32,000 nucleotides of DNA, taken from positions 112,697 through 144,696 of the forward strand of contig JAKOXH010000031.1 of the NCBI GenBank assembly GCA_029781135.1, written 5' to 3'. How positions within the stretch are numbered: position 1 is the stretch's first letter; every line of letters starts with the position of its first letter. Below the pieces are notes generated by a model. The model was given only the letters and a program-made list of their open reading frames with translations. It made no database searches and was not told the origin of the DNA. Made by a program: the position numbers and the translations under genes. This DNA comes from Planctomycetota bacterium (GTDB lineage Bacteria > Planctomycetota > Planctomycetia > Pirellulales > Lacipirellulaceae). Positions 1 through 8,987 of this stretch are shown piece after piece.

Positions 1-816
1 AGCGAATTGAATCGCCTGTACGACCGGGCCGCGGACCTCGACGTGCGTATCGCGCCAGGGGCCAAACACTGGGTGCCGCCCCATGTATTCGTCGCCCACG
101 TTAAGGCCCCCCACGTAGGCGACCGTACCATCGACGATGACGATCTTGCGGTGGTTGCGGAAATTGATTTGGAAGCGGTTGCGCAACCCCTTCGACGTGC
201 GGAACGGCAGAATCACGACGCCGGCCGAAGCCAGTTCGCGTTTGTAAGCGCGCGTCAAGTAGTAGCTGCCGATCTCATCATACAGCACATACACGCGGAC
301 TCCCTCGCCGGCTTTGCGAAGGAGGATTTCCTTCAATTGTTGGCCAAGTGCGTCATCGCGGATGATGTAGAACTGCACGATGATGTACGACTCGGCCGAC
401 TCGATGCCGGCAAAGATGGCTGGAAACGCTTCGCTGCCGTTGACGAGCAACGTGGCATCGTTGTGGTTGGTAAACGGCATTTCGGCCAGTTCCTCGAGGG
501 CCACGAACGTGGGGTCGGCTTCTTCATCGCGCACGCGGAAGAGCCGCATCTTCTTTTCGAGCGCCCGGGCCAGGTGGTCGATTTGCGAGTCGCCAGCCCG
601 ACGGGCTTTCACGTAGCCCTGAAACTTGCCGCGGCCGAACAGGGCGTAAAACGGCAGCGTGAAATAGGGCAACAGAGTAAGCAATAGCGCCCAGGCAATC
701 GCCCCTTGCGACGTCCGCGCCGTCATCAGCGCATGCACGGCCGTCAGCAACCCCAAGGCATGCATGGCAAAGCCGATGAGACCGATGAGCTCGAGCAGGG
801 AAAGGTCAATGGTCAT
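1..816 (-). CDS. cls: Cardiolipin synthase / phospholipase D family, N-terminal part (3' end lies outside the window)
   Basis: My own reverse-strand translation from ATG (814-816) reads MTIDLSLLELIGLIGFAMHALGLLTAVHALM... It has two N-terminal TM helices and the HKD motif FRNHRKIVIVDG. It is open to position 1 and absent from the ORF track because it runs off the edge. Confidence 0.85.
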   Translation of the reverse strand, partial: MTIDLSLLELIGLIGFAMHALGLLTAVHALMTARTSQGAIAWALLLTLLPYFTLPFYALFGRGKFQGYVKARRAGDSQIDHLARALEKKMRLFRVRDEEADPTFVALEELAEMPFTNHNDATLLVNGSEAFPAIFAGIESAESYIIVQFYIIRDDALGQQLKEILLRKAGEGVRVYVLYDEIGSYYLTRAYKRELASAGVVILPFRTSKGLRNRFQINFRNHRKIVIVDGTVAYVGGLNVGDEYMGRHPVFGPWRDTHVEVRGPVVQAIQFA

Positions 817-893
817 GGGGGAGGGGACGGGATACGGGGACAGGGGACAGGGTTGCGAGTGCGGAATTGGGAATGGGGAGTGGGGAATTAAGA
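817..893. repeat. G-rich tandem-heptamer tract (GGGGACA / GGGAATG / GGGAGTG units) abutting the cls start codon
   Basis: Sequence is ggggaggggacgggatacggggacaggggacaggg...ggaattgggaatggggagtggggaatt. It is complementary to the tract at 1226-1262. Confidence 0.8.
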
Positions 894-967
894 AAACGTG
901 TTTAGCGGCGGCGGCAACGCCGTCCTATCGCCAAGGGCGCTTGCAGTACAATCGTTTCGGGAATAAG

Positions 968-1003
968 TGACGAATGGGGAATTGGGAATCCGGAGTGGGG
1001 AAT
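968..1003. repeat. Second G-rich copy of the GGGGAAT/GGGGAGT tract
   Basis: Sequence gaatggggaattgggaatccggagtggggaatat, in the same orientation as 866-893. Confidence 0.7.
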
Positions 1004-1225
1004 ATGACCTAAATGAGAACTGTCTGGTCAATGGCACACAAAAACATCAACGAATGCCGCCCCCTTTCCAGTATCGTCTGCGATTTGCTCCTTCACAAAA
1101 AGGCCGATTACTCCCAAAATAAGTGAGTATTGCTGTGACGATGAACCAGCGGTCCGCGCTCCGCTGGCGCGTCGCGGCTAAACGGCCGATCATTAGCGAG
1201 GCAAGAAACGACGATTGAATTGTCT

Positions 1226-1262
1226 TGATTCCCCACTCCCCACTCCCCATTCCCCACTCGCC
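1226..1262. repeat. C-rich arm (reverse complement of the GGGGAGT/GGGGAAT tract) abutting the queD start codon
   Basis: Sequence gattccccactccccactccccattccccactcgcccc, followed directly by ATG at 1265. Confidence 0.8.
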
Positions 1263-1264
1263 CC

Positions 1265-1726
1265 ATGTCCCTCACCATTATGCGTCGAATTCGCTTCTGT
1301 GCGGGGCACCGGCTCCACCGGCACGGTGGCAAGTGTGAGTATTTTCACGGGCATAATTACATCGCCGATTTCTACGTGACCGGCGACGCGGTCGACGCCG
1401 TGGGCCGGGTGATCGACTTCGCCGAACTGAAAAAGCTCTTCAAAGGCTGGCTCGACGACCACTGGGACCACGGGTTCGTGCTCAACGAATCGGACGAGAA
1501 CGGCCTGGCGGCCGTGAAGATGGTCGAGCCGTGCCGCTATTACGTGCTGCCGTACAACCCAACATCGGAGAACATGGCCAGCTACTTGCTGCACGAAGTG
1601 TGCCCGAAGTTGCTCGCGGGCAAAGGCGTCACCGCGACGAAGGTGGTGCTATGGGAGAGCGACGAATCGTTCGCCGAGGCGGCACTCGACCGGCCGACTG
1701 TTTCTAGTAGGACGTGTGGAAATTAG
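1265..1726 (+). CDS. queD: 6-carboxy-5,6,7,8-tetrahydropterin synthase (6-pyruvoyl-tetrahydropterin synthase family)
   Basis: 153 aa. Contains FCAGHRL...GKCEYFHGHNY (Cys plus His triad region typical of QueD/PTPS) and a C-terminal VVLWESDESFAE. Confidence 0.9.
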   Translation: MSLTIMRRIRFCAGHRLHRHGGKCEYFHGHNYIADFYVTGDAVDAVGRVIDFAELKKLFKGWLDDHWDHGFVLNESDENGLAAVKMVEPCRYYVLPYNPTSENMASYLLHEVCPKLLAGKGVTATKVVLWESDESFAEAALDRPTVSSRTCGN

Positions 1727-1882
1727 TTGCATTCTCATATGCTTCAGATTCTGTCGACGCGGGTGGCACGGACAGTCGGCGGCGGAAGGCGTTGTCACCG
1801 AATGCGTCTCATTCGGCCGATTGTCCGCTTTCGTACGTCAGGCTTTAACCTGACCGCTCCATGGCGATTGACCGTTCCGATG

Positions 1883-1924
1883 GTCAGACTAAAGGCCGAC
1901 CTACGACGTGCGTTCCGCAAATAT
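1883..1924. repeat. REP-like palindromic element (gtcagactaaaggccgac family)
   Basis: Similar to the second half of the elements at 16111-16229 and 16925-17043. Confidence 0.6.
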
Positions 1925-2071
1925 CGTCGGTTGATGGGCGGTGATGCCCCCCGATCGGCTTAATTGACGCGCTATCGGTGCCGGTGGGAATCTAATGTGA
2001 GAAGCCCAATATCGCGAACGGCCTGTGGGAGGCCACTCTGAGGCCGATGGCGTGTTGCAGTGGTTAACGTT

Positions 2072-2104
2072 ATCGGCGTCGGAGACGCCTCCCACAGAGC
2101 CGAT
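2072..2104. repeat. REP-like element atcggcgtcggagacgcctcccaca
   Basis: The same 25-nt core recurs at 23463-23486 and inverted at 23397-23415. Confidence 0.65.
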
Positions 2105-2138
2105 TTTTGCCACGTCACCAGATCCCTAGGAAGTTGCC

Positions 2139-3551
2139 ATGTCTGCCAATCGAAAGTGGACCCGAAGACAAGTGCTCCAAGCGACCGCGGCGGCTGGTGC
2201 GGCTCCGCTCTTTGTTCCGTCGCGGGTGCTTGGCCGGGGCGGCGCGGGGGCGAACGAGCAATTGAATGTCGGGATCATCGGCCTCGGTGGGCGGGCTCGC
2301 GACATCGCGAAGACCGTCCACACGACGCCGAACATCCGCATCGTAGCGGTGTGCGATTGCTTCAAGCCTCGATGGGATAAGTTCATCGAGGATGTATCGA
2401 ATGGCCAAAAGTGGAAGACGTACGGCGATTTCCGCCAGATGATCGAGCGCGAGAAACTCGACGGCGTGATGGTCGAAACCACGACGCACGCCCGGGCGTG
2501 GATCGTCATTCAGGCGATGCAGGCCGACATGGATGTGTACATCGAGAAGCCGATGTGCCTCACAATTTCCGAGGGGCGGCAAATGGTGAAGGCGGCCCGG
2601 CATTACAAGCGGGTGACGCAGGTCGGCACGCAGCAGCGGTCGATGCCGATCAATAATTGGGCCAGCGACTTGGTGAAGAACGGGGCGATCGGCAAGGTAC
2701 ACACGGTGCTCGCGCCGAATTTCATCGGCCCCGATGATTGGCCAGGCAAACCGGAAGAGAAAATGCCGGAGGGCGGCGACGGCAAATGGTGGGACGTGTG
2801 GACGAACCAGGCGCCGCTCCGGCCGTATCATCGCGATATTCATTACGGCTGGGCCCGCTGGCGCGACTACGACGCGGGCGGGTTGTGTTTTGGCGTGAGC
2901 GGCTGGGGCACGCATTCGTACGACCAGATCAACCGCGCGCTCGGCACCGACGAAACGGGGCCGCTGGAAATACTGCTGGAGGAGCCGGTGGCGGTGCGCG
3001 AGTCGGGCAAGTTCGCGGCCCGCACGTCGGTGGGCGGCGTGACCGTGGGCGAAACGGGCGACATCGACACGGGCGTCGATTATTTCTCGATGGCCAAGCT
3101 CAGCGGCCCGCGGGCGAAGGTGACGATGACGTTTGCCAACGGCACGAAGGTGAAGTTCCACCTGGATGGCGATCGCGGACCTGGGTTAGGCGCGATTTTT
3201 ATCGGCGACAAGGGCAAGATCGAAATCAATCGCAACAAGCTGGCCAGCAACCCGCGCGAGATTGTGCGTTCGCCGGAGAACCCGGGACCAAACAAGAAGC
3301 CGGAGACGCAGTATCACATCGAAAACTGGGCGGAGTGCATCAAGTCACGAGGTCGGTGCAACGCGGATATTGAGTACGGCCAGCGGGCGACGTCGTTGTG
3401 TGAATTGATCAATATCACGCGCAACGTGGGCCGCGTGGGCGAGGCGTTAAAATGGGACCCGGTGGCCGAGCGATTCACGAACTGCGACGAGGGGAACGCG
3501 ATGCTGAGCCGCGAACGGCGAAAGGGTTATGAGTTGCCGGCATTGGGCTAA
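2139..3551 (+). CDS. Gfo/Idh/MocA family oxidoreductase with Tat signal
   Basis: 470 aa. Twin-arginine signal WTRRQVLQATAAAGAAPLF, then a Rossmann-type GIIGLGGRA motif and EKPM. Confidence 0.85.
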   Translation: MSANRKWTRRQVLQATAAAGAAPLFVPSRVLGRGGAGANEQLNVGIIGLGGRARDIAKTVHTTPNIRIVAVCDCFKPRWDKFIEDVSNGQKWKTYGDFRQMIEREKLDGVMVETTTHARAWIVIQAMQADMDVYIEKPMCLTISEGRQMVKAARHYKRVTQVGTQQRSMPINNWASDLVKNGAIGKVHTVLAPNFIGPDDWPGKPEEKMPEGGDGKWWDVWTNQAPLRPYHRDIHYGWARWRDYDAGGLCFGVSGWGTHSYDQINRALGTDETGPLEILLEEPVAVRESGKFAARTSVGGVTVGETGDIDTGVDYFSMAKLSGPRAKVTMTFANGTKVKFHLDGDRGPGLGAIFIGDKGKIEINRNKLASNPREIVRSPENPGPNKKPETQYHIENWAECIKSRGRCNADIEYGQRATSLCELINITRNVGRVGEALKWDPVAERFTNCDEGNAMLSRERRKGYELPALG

Positions 3552-3656
3552 GGCGCGGGTAGCCTAAGGCGCGGGTAGCCCCCGGCTCTACCGGGGGTTT
3601 GAAGTGGCTCGCCCAACATAGAGCAACGCACTTTGTACCCCCGGCAGAGCCGGGGG
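3548..3656. repeat. Tandem 16-mer (ctaaggcgcgggtagc x2) plus two cccccgg-N5-ccggggg hairpins
   Basis: Tandem copies at 3548-3563 and 3564-3579, overlapping the stop codon. Hairpins at 3579-3597 and 3638-3656. The first is followed only by TTT, so terminator function is uncertain. Confidence 0.7.
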
Positions 3657-3704
3657 CTGACGGCAACAGAAGTGTTGAATTATTCGTTAGGAGCAAATCA
3701 TCCC

Positions 3705-4352
3705 ATGCATCTTGTTCGTCGTTCCGTAAACCGACTGGTTTATTCGCAAGCTTTACTTCTAGCTATTTGCTTAATCGTCGGTGTTTCCCACCCGCAATGT
3801 GCCGCCGCAGATGAGGCGAATGGCACGAGCAGTCTTTTCAATGGCCGCGACCTCACTGGTTGGCAACCGGAAGGCCATGCGGTTTGGGAAGTCAAGGACG
3901 GGTTGCTCGTCGGCAAGCAGGATGAGCAGAACCGGCCAGGCGATCTGTTGACCAAGGAAGAGTTCAAGAACTTCGAACTTACCGTTGTGTATCGCATGGT
4001 GTGGCCGGGGAATAGCGGCGTGTGGTATCGCTATCAAACGGCCGACAAGGCGTTTCAGGCCGATATTCTGGAATACAAGAATCCGCTGGCATACAGCGGC
4101 AGCCTGTATTGCACGGGCAAGATGTTTTTGGCCCGTAATACGGACCCGAAACTTGAAAAGCACGACGGCTGGAACACACTCGTCATTCGGTCAGAAGGCG
4201 ACCACCAACAGATCACGCTCAATGGCAAACTCGTCGCCGATGTCCACGACGACACCAGCGATCATGGCCGCATCGGCTTCCAGGTGCATCCAGGCAAGGA
4301 ATTCGCCAAGATGCAGATCATCGTGAAGTCGGCGCGCATCAAGCGGCTGTAA
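3705..4352 (+). CDS. DUF1080 (3-keto-disaccharide hydrolase-like) secreted protein
   Basis: ATG at 3705 with aggag upstream. Signal peptide MHLVRRSVNRLVYSQALLLAICLIVG, then LFNGRDLTGWQ...W.V.DG.L and a C-terminal GRIGFQVH, typical of DUF1080. The track start at 3633 lies inside a REP hairpin. Confidence 0.8.
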   Translation: MHLVRRSVNRLVYSQALLLAICLIVGVSHPQCAAADEANGTSSLFNGRDLTGWQPEGHAVWEVKDGLLVGKQDEQNRPGDLLTKEEFKNFELTVVYRMVWPGNSGVWYRYQTADKAFQADILEYKNPLAYSGSLYCTGKMFLARNTDPKLEKHDGWNTLVIRSEGDHQQITLNGKLVADVHDDTSDHGRIGFQVHPGKEFAKMQIIVKSARIKRL

Positions 4353-4354
4353 GT

Positions 4355-4499
4355 GTGCCCATTCGCAGGCGTGCCATGCCCACAGCTCGCCGTGGGCATG
4401 GTATCCTCACGACGGCACGCATGGCCACTCCGAGCAGTGGCCATGGCACCCATGCGAATCCAGGGCATGGCGACCCCGTAGGTAAGGCTTCAGCCTGAC
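4355..4499. repeat. Cluster of REP-like hairpins
   Basis: Hairpins ccatgcccac-N8-gtgggcatgg (4374-4401), catggccact-N6-agtggccatg (4420-4445) and gtaaggcttcagcctgac (4482-4499). Confidence 0.7.
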
Positions 4500-4607
4500 C
4501 CGTTGTGGATGTTGGTCGCCCCACACGGCCTGACATACTCAGCTATAATAGGGAGAATTCAACAGCTTCCATGCGCGTCGTTACCTGGCGAGAAAACCCC
4601 TTGGATT

Positions 4608-6212
4608 ATGTACGAACCGATGAACGCCTTTCGAGTGTTTTTTTGTTTGAGTCTATACCTGATCCTGCCCGAGTTTATTCCCGCCGCACATGCCATGCCG
4701 CCGCACGGGGAGAAGGCAGCTGAGAAAGAGGCCAAGACCGAGGATCGCCCGGGGGAGGGAAAGAAGGACGACGACAAGGATAAGAAGGACGAACCGAAGG
4801 ATACGACGTTCGTCACGCAGCATTCGACGACGATTGGCGGAAAGGAGATCAAGTACACGGCGACGGCCGGCAAGCTGGTGATGAAGGATGATGAGGGCAA
4901 GGCCAAGGCGACGATATTCTTTATCGCGTACACGAAGGATGGCGTATCTGATTTGAGCCAGCGGCCGGTGACGTTCGCATTCAACGGTGGGCCGGGGTCA
5001 TCGAGCGTATGGCTGCATTTGGGAATGCTGGGACCGCAACGCGTAAAGGTGCCGGATGATGCCTCGCAGTCGCCGCCGCCATATGAATTGCAGGCGAATC
5101 CGCACTCGCTGCTCGATATCACCGACCTCGTCTTCATCGACCCGGTGAGCACGGGGTTCAGTCGTCCGGTGAAGGGGGAGAAGGACGATCAGTTCCACGG
5201 CTACCACGAGGATTTGGAAAGCGTCGGCCAGTTCATTCACGATTATGTGACGAAGTACGGCCGGTGGCGGTCGCCCAAGTTTCTCATTGGCGAAAGTTAC
5301 GGCGGGCTGCGAGCGGCGGGGCTGAGCGGGTACCTGCGCGAGCGGTACAACATGACGCTCAACGGCGTGCTGCTCATTTCGCCGGCGATCAATTTCGAGA
5401 CGATCGGTTTCGCGTTCGGCAATGATCTGCCATACATTTTGTTCGTGCCAGGCTACACGGCAGCCGCGTGGTATCACAAAGCGTTGCCGGGCGACCTACA
5501 GGCGCTCTCGCTCGAAGAAGTCGTGAAACAGGCGACGGCGTTCGCTTACAACGAGTACACGCTGGCCATGATGAAGGGCCAGACGCTCGGCGAACAAGAG
5601 CGAAATGCTGTGGCCGAAAAGCTGGCCCGCTTCACGGGCCTTACGAAGGAATTCGTGCTGCAATCAAAACTGCGGATTGACATGCAGCGGTTTGCCAAGG
5701 AGCTATTGCGCGGCCGTAGTAAGGTCATCGGCCGCTACGACAGTCGTTACACGAGCACCGATGCGGATGACGCCGGCGAAAATCCCGAGGATGATGCCAG
5801 TGCCGCCGCGGTGTTCGGACCGTTTACGGCCGCGATCAACGACTACTTGCGGAACGACCTCAAGGTGAGCGACGACCACGTGTACGAGATCATCACGGGC
5901 AAAGTGCAGCCCTGGAATTACGGGCGGTACTTGTCGCGCTACCCGGACGCCACCGATACGCTGCGGCAATCGATGTCGCAGAATCCGTACCTGAAGTTGT
6001 TCGTGGCCAGCGGTTACTACGACTTGGCGACACCGCCGGCGACCGTAAAGTACAGCGTCGACCACCTGCGGCTGCCGCAGGAATTACTGAAGAACATCGA
6101 CCACCAGTATTACGAAGGCGGCCACATGATGTACATCTACGAGCCGGCGATGACGAAGCTGCGGAAAGACGTGGCGGCGTTTTATGAGCGGGCGCTGGGG
6201 CGGCGAAAGTAA
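4608..6212 (+). CDS. Peptidase S10 (serine carboxypeptidase) family, secreted
   Basis: Contains NGGPGSSSVWLHLGMLGP and the catalytic GESYGG. Signal peptide MYEPMNAFRVFFCLSLYLILPEFIPAAHA begins at ATG 4608. The track start at 4503 is GTG within a repeat. Confidence 0.85.
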   Translation: MYEPMNAFRVFFCLSLYLILPEFIPAAHAMPPHGEKAAEKEAKTEDRPGEGKKDDDKDKKDEPKDTTFVTQHSTTIGGKEIKYTATAGKLVMKDDEGKAKATIFFIAYTKDGVSDLSQRPVTFAFNGGPGSSSVWLHLGMLGPQRVKVPDDASQSPPPYELQANPHSLLDITDLVFIDPVSTGFSRPVKGEKDDQFHGYHEDLESVGQFIHDYVTKYGRWRSPKFLIGESYGGLRAAGLSGYLRERYNMTLNGVLLISPAINFETIGFAFGNDLPYILFVPGYTAAAWYHKALPGDLQALSLEEVVKQATAFAYNEYTLAMMKGQTLGEQERNAVAEKLARFTGLTKEFVLQSKLRIDMQRFAKELLRGRSKVIGRYDSRYTSTDADDAGENPEDDASAAAVFGPFTAAINDYLRNDLKVSDDHVYEIITGKVQPWNYGRYLSRYPDATDTLRQSMSQNPYLKLFVASGYYDLATPPATVKYSVDHLRLPQELLKNIDHQYYEGGHMMYIYEPAMTKLRKDVAAFYERALGRRK

Positions 6213-6279
6213 GTCGAGTTTTGGCCTGGCTTGCAATGAACAACTCATTCAACGAGCGACTGCAGGATGTAAACTGGCT

Positions 6280-6310
6280 TTGACAAATTGCCACTGGACT
6301 AGTGTATAAT
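6280..6310 (+). promoter_or_regulatory. Sigma70-like promoter (TTGACA-19 nt-TATAAT), probably giving a leaderless transcript
   Basis: TTGACA at 6280-6285 and TATAAT at 6305-6310. The ATG at 6317 is 7 nt after the -10 box and has no room for an SD. Confidence 0.45.
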
Positions 6311-6316
6311 TCCAGC

Positions 6317-6577
6317 ATGTCGACAGTCGCCAGTATTCTTGATTATTACCTCGAACCGTTGGCGTCAATGATCAATCGCGAAATGGCGGAAGCGATTATT
6401 AATCGGACGCCGGATCCGCAACTTGTTGCGCGGATCGCGGTTTTGGGACAGAAAGCTGAACAGGGCACGCTGACCGATGTCGAACGCGATGAGTATCGAG
6501 ATTTGATCGATGCCGGGGACCTGATTTCACTGTTGAAGTCGAAAGCGCGACGGTTCCTCGACGAGAATCCCGCGTAG
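6317..6577 (+). CDS. Small helical protein of unknown function, translationally coupled to the HNH gene (antitoxin-like partner)
   Basis: 86 aa from ATG 6317. The stop is 3 nt before the HNH start. I recognise no domain. Confidence 0.6.
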   Translation: MSTVASILDYYLEPLASMINREMAEAIINRTPDPQLVARIAVLGQKAEQGTLTDVERDEYRDLIDAGDLISLLKSKARRFLDENPA

Positions 6578-6580
6578 CTC

Positions 6581-6976
6581 ATGGAGACATCGGGACGAGA
6601 ACTTGTGCGGCAGCGTGCCGGCGGCAGGTGTGAGTATTGCCGGCTGCCCGAAGAAGCCGACGAGTGGCCATTCCACTTCGAGCATGTGATTGCGAAACAG
6701 CACGGTGGAACCGATTCGGCCGATAACCTATGCTGGTCGTGCAGTCGCTGCAACTTCTATAAAGGTCCGAATATCGCCAGCATTGACGTTGCCACCGGGG
6801 TGATGGTCGGACTCTTTCATCCTCGCCATGATGTTTGGAAAGAGCATTTTGACGTTCGTGGCCCGCACATCATTGGATTGACTGCTAGGGGCAGGGCAAC
6901 AGTTCGACTGCTCCATATGAATGACGACCGACGTTTGGATTTACGACGTGATTTGATCGAGCGGGAAATCATTTAG
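6581..6976 (+). CDS. HNH endonuclease
   Basis: 131 aa with CEYCRLPE...FHFEHVIAKQHGGTDSADNLCWSCSRCNFYKG, a Cys4 plus H-N-H core. Confidence 0.85.
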   Translation: METSGRELVRQRAGGRCEYCRLPEEADEWPFHFEHVIAKQHGGTDSADNLCWSCSRCNFYKGPNIASIDVATGVMVGLFHPRHDVWKEHFDVRGPHIIGLTARGRATVRLLHMNDDRRLDLRRDLIEREII

Positions 6977-7011
6977 GTTTCGACCAGGCTCAAAGTTGAA
7001 AGGACGCTGTA

Positions 7012-8859
7012 ATGCCGCCGGAGGACAAGAGTGCTTCGCGCAACTTCATCCAGCAAATCATCGACGCCGACCGGGCCGCCGGGAAGAACGGTGGGCGGGT
7101 ACACACGCGGTTTCCGCCGGAGCCGAACGGGTATTTGCATATCGGCCATGCGAAGAGCATTTGTCTGAACTTTGGCCTCGCGCAGGAGTTCGGCGGTAAG
7201 TTCAACCTGCGGTTCGACGACACGAACCCGACGAAGGAAGAGCAAGAGTACGTCGACTCGATTGTGGACGATGTCAATTGGCTCATCGCGGCGTTTGGCG
7301 AGACGCAAGGGTTCAGGGCTCAGGGTTCAGAGTCGACATCGGCGGCGCGAACTGAACCCCGAACCCTGAATCCTGAACCCTTGTACGCTTCGGATTACTT
7401 TCAGCAGCTTTACGATTGGGCAATCCAGCTTATCAAAGAAGGCAAGGCATACGTGTGCGACCTATCGGCGGAGGAAGTGCGCGCCCATCGCGGCACACTG
7501 AGCGAGCCAGGCAAGAACAGCCCGTATCGCGATCGCAGCGTGGCTGAGAACTTAGAACTGTTCGAGCAAATGAAGAAGGGCGAGTTCCCCGACGGCACGC
7601 GCACGTTGCGGGCAAAGATCGACATGGCGTCGCCGAACCTCAACCTGCGCGACCCCGTGATGTACCGCATCAAGCATGCGTCGCACCATCGCACGGGCGA
7701 CAAGTGGTGCATCTACCCGTCCTACGATTACACGCACGGCCAAAGCGATTCGATCGAGGGCATTACGCACTCGATTTGCACGCTGGAGTTTGAGAACCAC
7801 CGACCGCTGTACGATTGGTTTTGCCGCGAGTTGCGGATTCATCACCCGCAGCAGATCGAATTCGCGCGGCTCAACCTCACGTACACCGTGATGAGCAAGC
7901 GCAAGCTATTGCAGTTGGTGCAAGAAAAGCACGTGGCCGGTTGGGATGATCCGCGGATGCTCACGATTCGCGGCCTGCGCCGCCGTGGCTACACGCCCGA
8001 GGCAATTCGGGCATTCTGCGAGCGGATCGGCGTGGCGAAGTTCGATAGCACAATCGAAATGACGTGGCTCGAAGACGCCGTCCGCGAGGATCTCAACGAG
8101 CGGGCCCCGCGAGTGATGGCCGTGCTGCGGCCGCTCAAGGTGGTCATCACGAATTATCCCGAGGGGCAAGTCGAGCAGTTGGAAGCGGCAAACCACCCGC
8201 AGAACGCCGCGATGGGCACGCGGCAAGTGCCGTTTGCACGCGAGTTGTACATCGAGGCCGACGACTTCATGGAAGACGCGCCGAAGAAATTCTTCCGGCT
8301 CGCCCCCGGGCGCGAAGTGCGGCTGCGGTACGCGTATTTCATCACTTGCAACGAAGTGGTGAAGGATAAGGCCGGTAACATCATAGAGCTACGCTGCACA
8401 TACGACCCGGCCACCCGCGGCGGCAATGCCCCGGATGGCCGCAAGGTAAAGGGCACGATTCACTGGGTGGCGGCCCCGATGGCTGCGACGGCAGAAATTC
8501 GCGTGTATGACCATTTATTCAAGACCGAGTTTCCTGATGAGGTCGAGGGTCAAGGGTCGAGCGTCGAGGGCCAGACCAAAGTGACCAGCGCTGTATCCTC
8601 ATCCTCTGTCCCTCGACCCTCGACGCTCGACCCTCGACCCCACAGCTTCCTCGACAACATCAACCCCAATTCGCTGACCATCGTCCACGACGCCAAGCTC
8701 GAACCCTCGCTTGCTGCGGCACAGCCTGGCCAGCATTTCCAGTTCGAGCGATTGGGCTACTTCTTCACCGACCCGGTTGCTTCCAAGCCCGGCACCGCCA
8801 TTTTCAATCGCACGGCAACGCTCCGCGATACATGGGCAAAAGAAGCTGGAAAGGAATGA
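7012..8859 (+). CDS. glnS: Glutamine--tRNA ligase
   Basis: 615 aa. HIGH motif [21 protein letters not shown] (KMSKS-like), and class I GlnRS-type sequence throughout. Carries two extra low-complexity segments. Confidence 0.95.
   Translation: MPPEDKSASRNFIQQIIDADRAAGKNGGRVHTRFPPEPNGYLHIGHAKSICLNFGLAQEFGGKFNLRFDDTNPTKEEQEYVDSIVDDVNWLIAAFGETQGFRAQGSESTSAARTEPRTLNPEPLYASDYFQQLYDWAIQLIKEGKAYVCDLSAEEVRAHRGTLSEPGKNSPYRDRSVAENLELFEQMKKGEFPDGTRTLRAKIDMASPNLNLRDPVMYRIKHASHHRTGDKWCIYPSYDYTHGQSDSIEGITHSICTLEFENHRPLYDWFCRELRIHHPQQIEFARLNLTYTVMSKRKLLQLVQEKHVAGWDDPRMLTIRGLRRRGYTPEAIRAFCERIGVAKFDSTIEMTWLEDAVREDLNERAPRVMAVLRPLKVVITNYPEGQVEQLEAANHPQNAAMGTRQVPFARELYIEADDFMEDAPKKFFRLAPGREVRLRYAYFITCNEVVKDKAGNIIELRCTYDPATRGGNAPDGRKVKGTIHWVAAPMAATAEIRVYDHLFKTEFPDEVEGQGSSVEGQTKVTSAVSSSSVPRPSTLDPRPHSFLDNINPNSLTIVHDAKLEPSLAAAQPGQHFQFERLGYFFTDPVASKPGTAIFNRTATLRDTWAKEAGKE
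7306..7383. repeat. In-frame hairpin element inside glnS (GGNTCAG heptamer arms)
   Basis: Arm caagggttcagggctcagggttcag, loop, then ctgaaccccgaaccctgaatcctgaacccttg. It is 78 nt, exactly 26 codons ([26 protein letters not shown]). Confidence 0.85.
8541..8640. repeat. In-frame hairpin element inside glnS (GGTCGAG heptamer arms)
   Basis: Arm ggtcgagggtcaagggtcgagcgtcgaggg, a 39-nt loop, then ccctcgaccctcgacgctcgaccctcgacc. Encodes [11 protein letters not shown]...[10 protein letters not shown]. Confidence 0.85.
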
Positions 8860-8987
8860 ATTCCTTGTACGGCGCGCGGTGGTAAAAGCCTCACGGCACC
8901 ATTCGAGCCGACGCGGCGGACTGGTGAGACTCGGACAATTTGGCTGGAAGGCTTGTAATTTGGTAGGGCGCGGTTACATTGCCGCCT

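Noticed and set aside
7-687. 226-aa + strand ORF at the left edge
   Set aside because: Its sequence is low-complexity and atypical (runs of D, A, V, R). The opposite strand encodes a clear cardiolipin synthase with an HKD motif, so this is an antisense shadow ORF in GC-rich DNA.
817-1262. Possible CRISPR array or preQ1 riboswitch upstream of queD
   Set aside because: The repeats are 7-8 nt tandem units without spacers, so this is not CRISPR architecture. I found no preQ1-type pseudoknot consensus in the queD leader.
2115-3161. 348-aa - strand ORF
   Set aside because: It is fully antisense to the well-supported Gfo/Idh/MocA gene and has an Arg/Ala/His-rich shadow composition.
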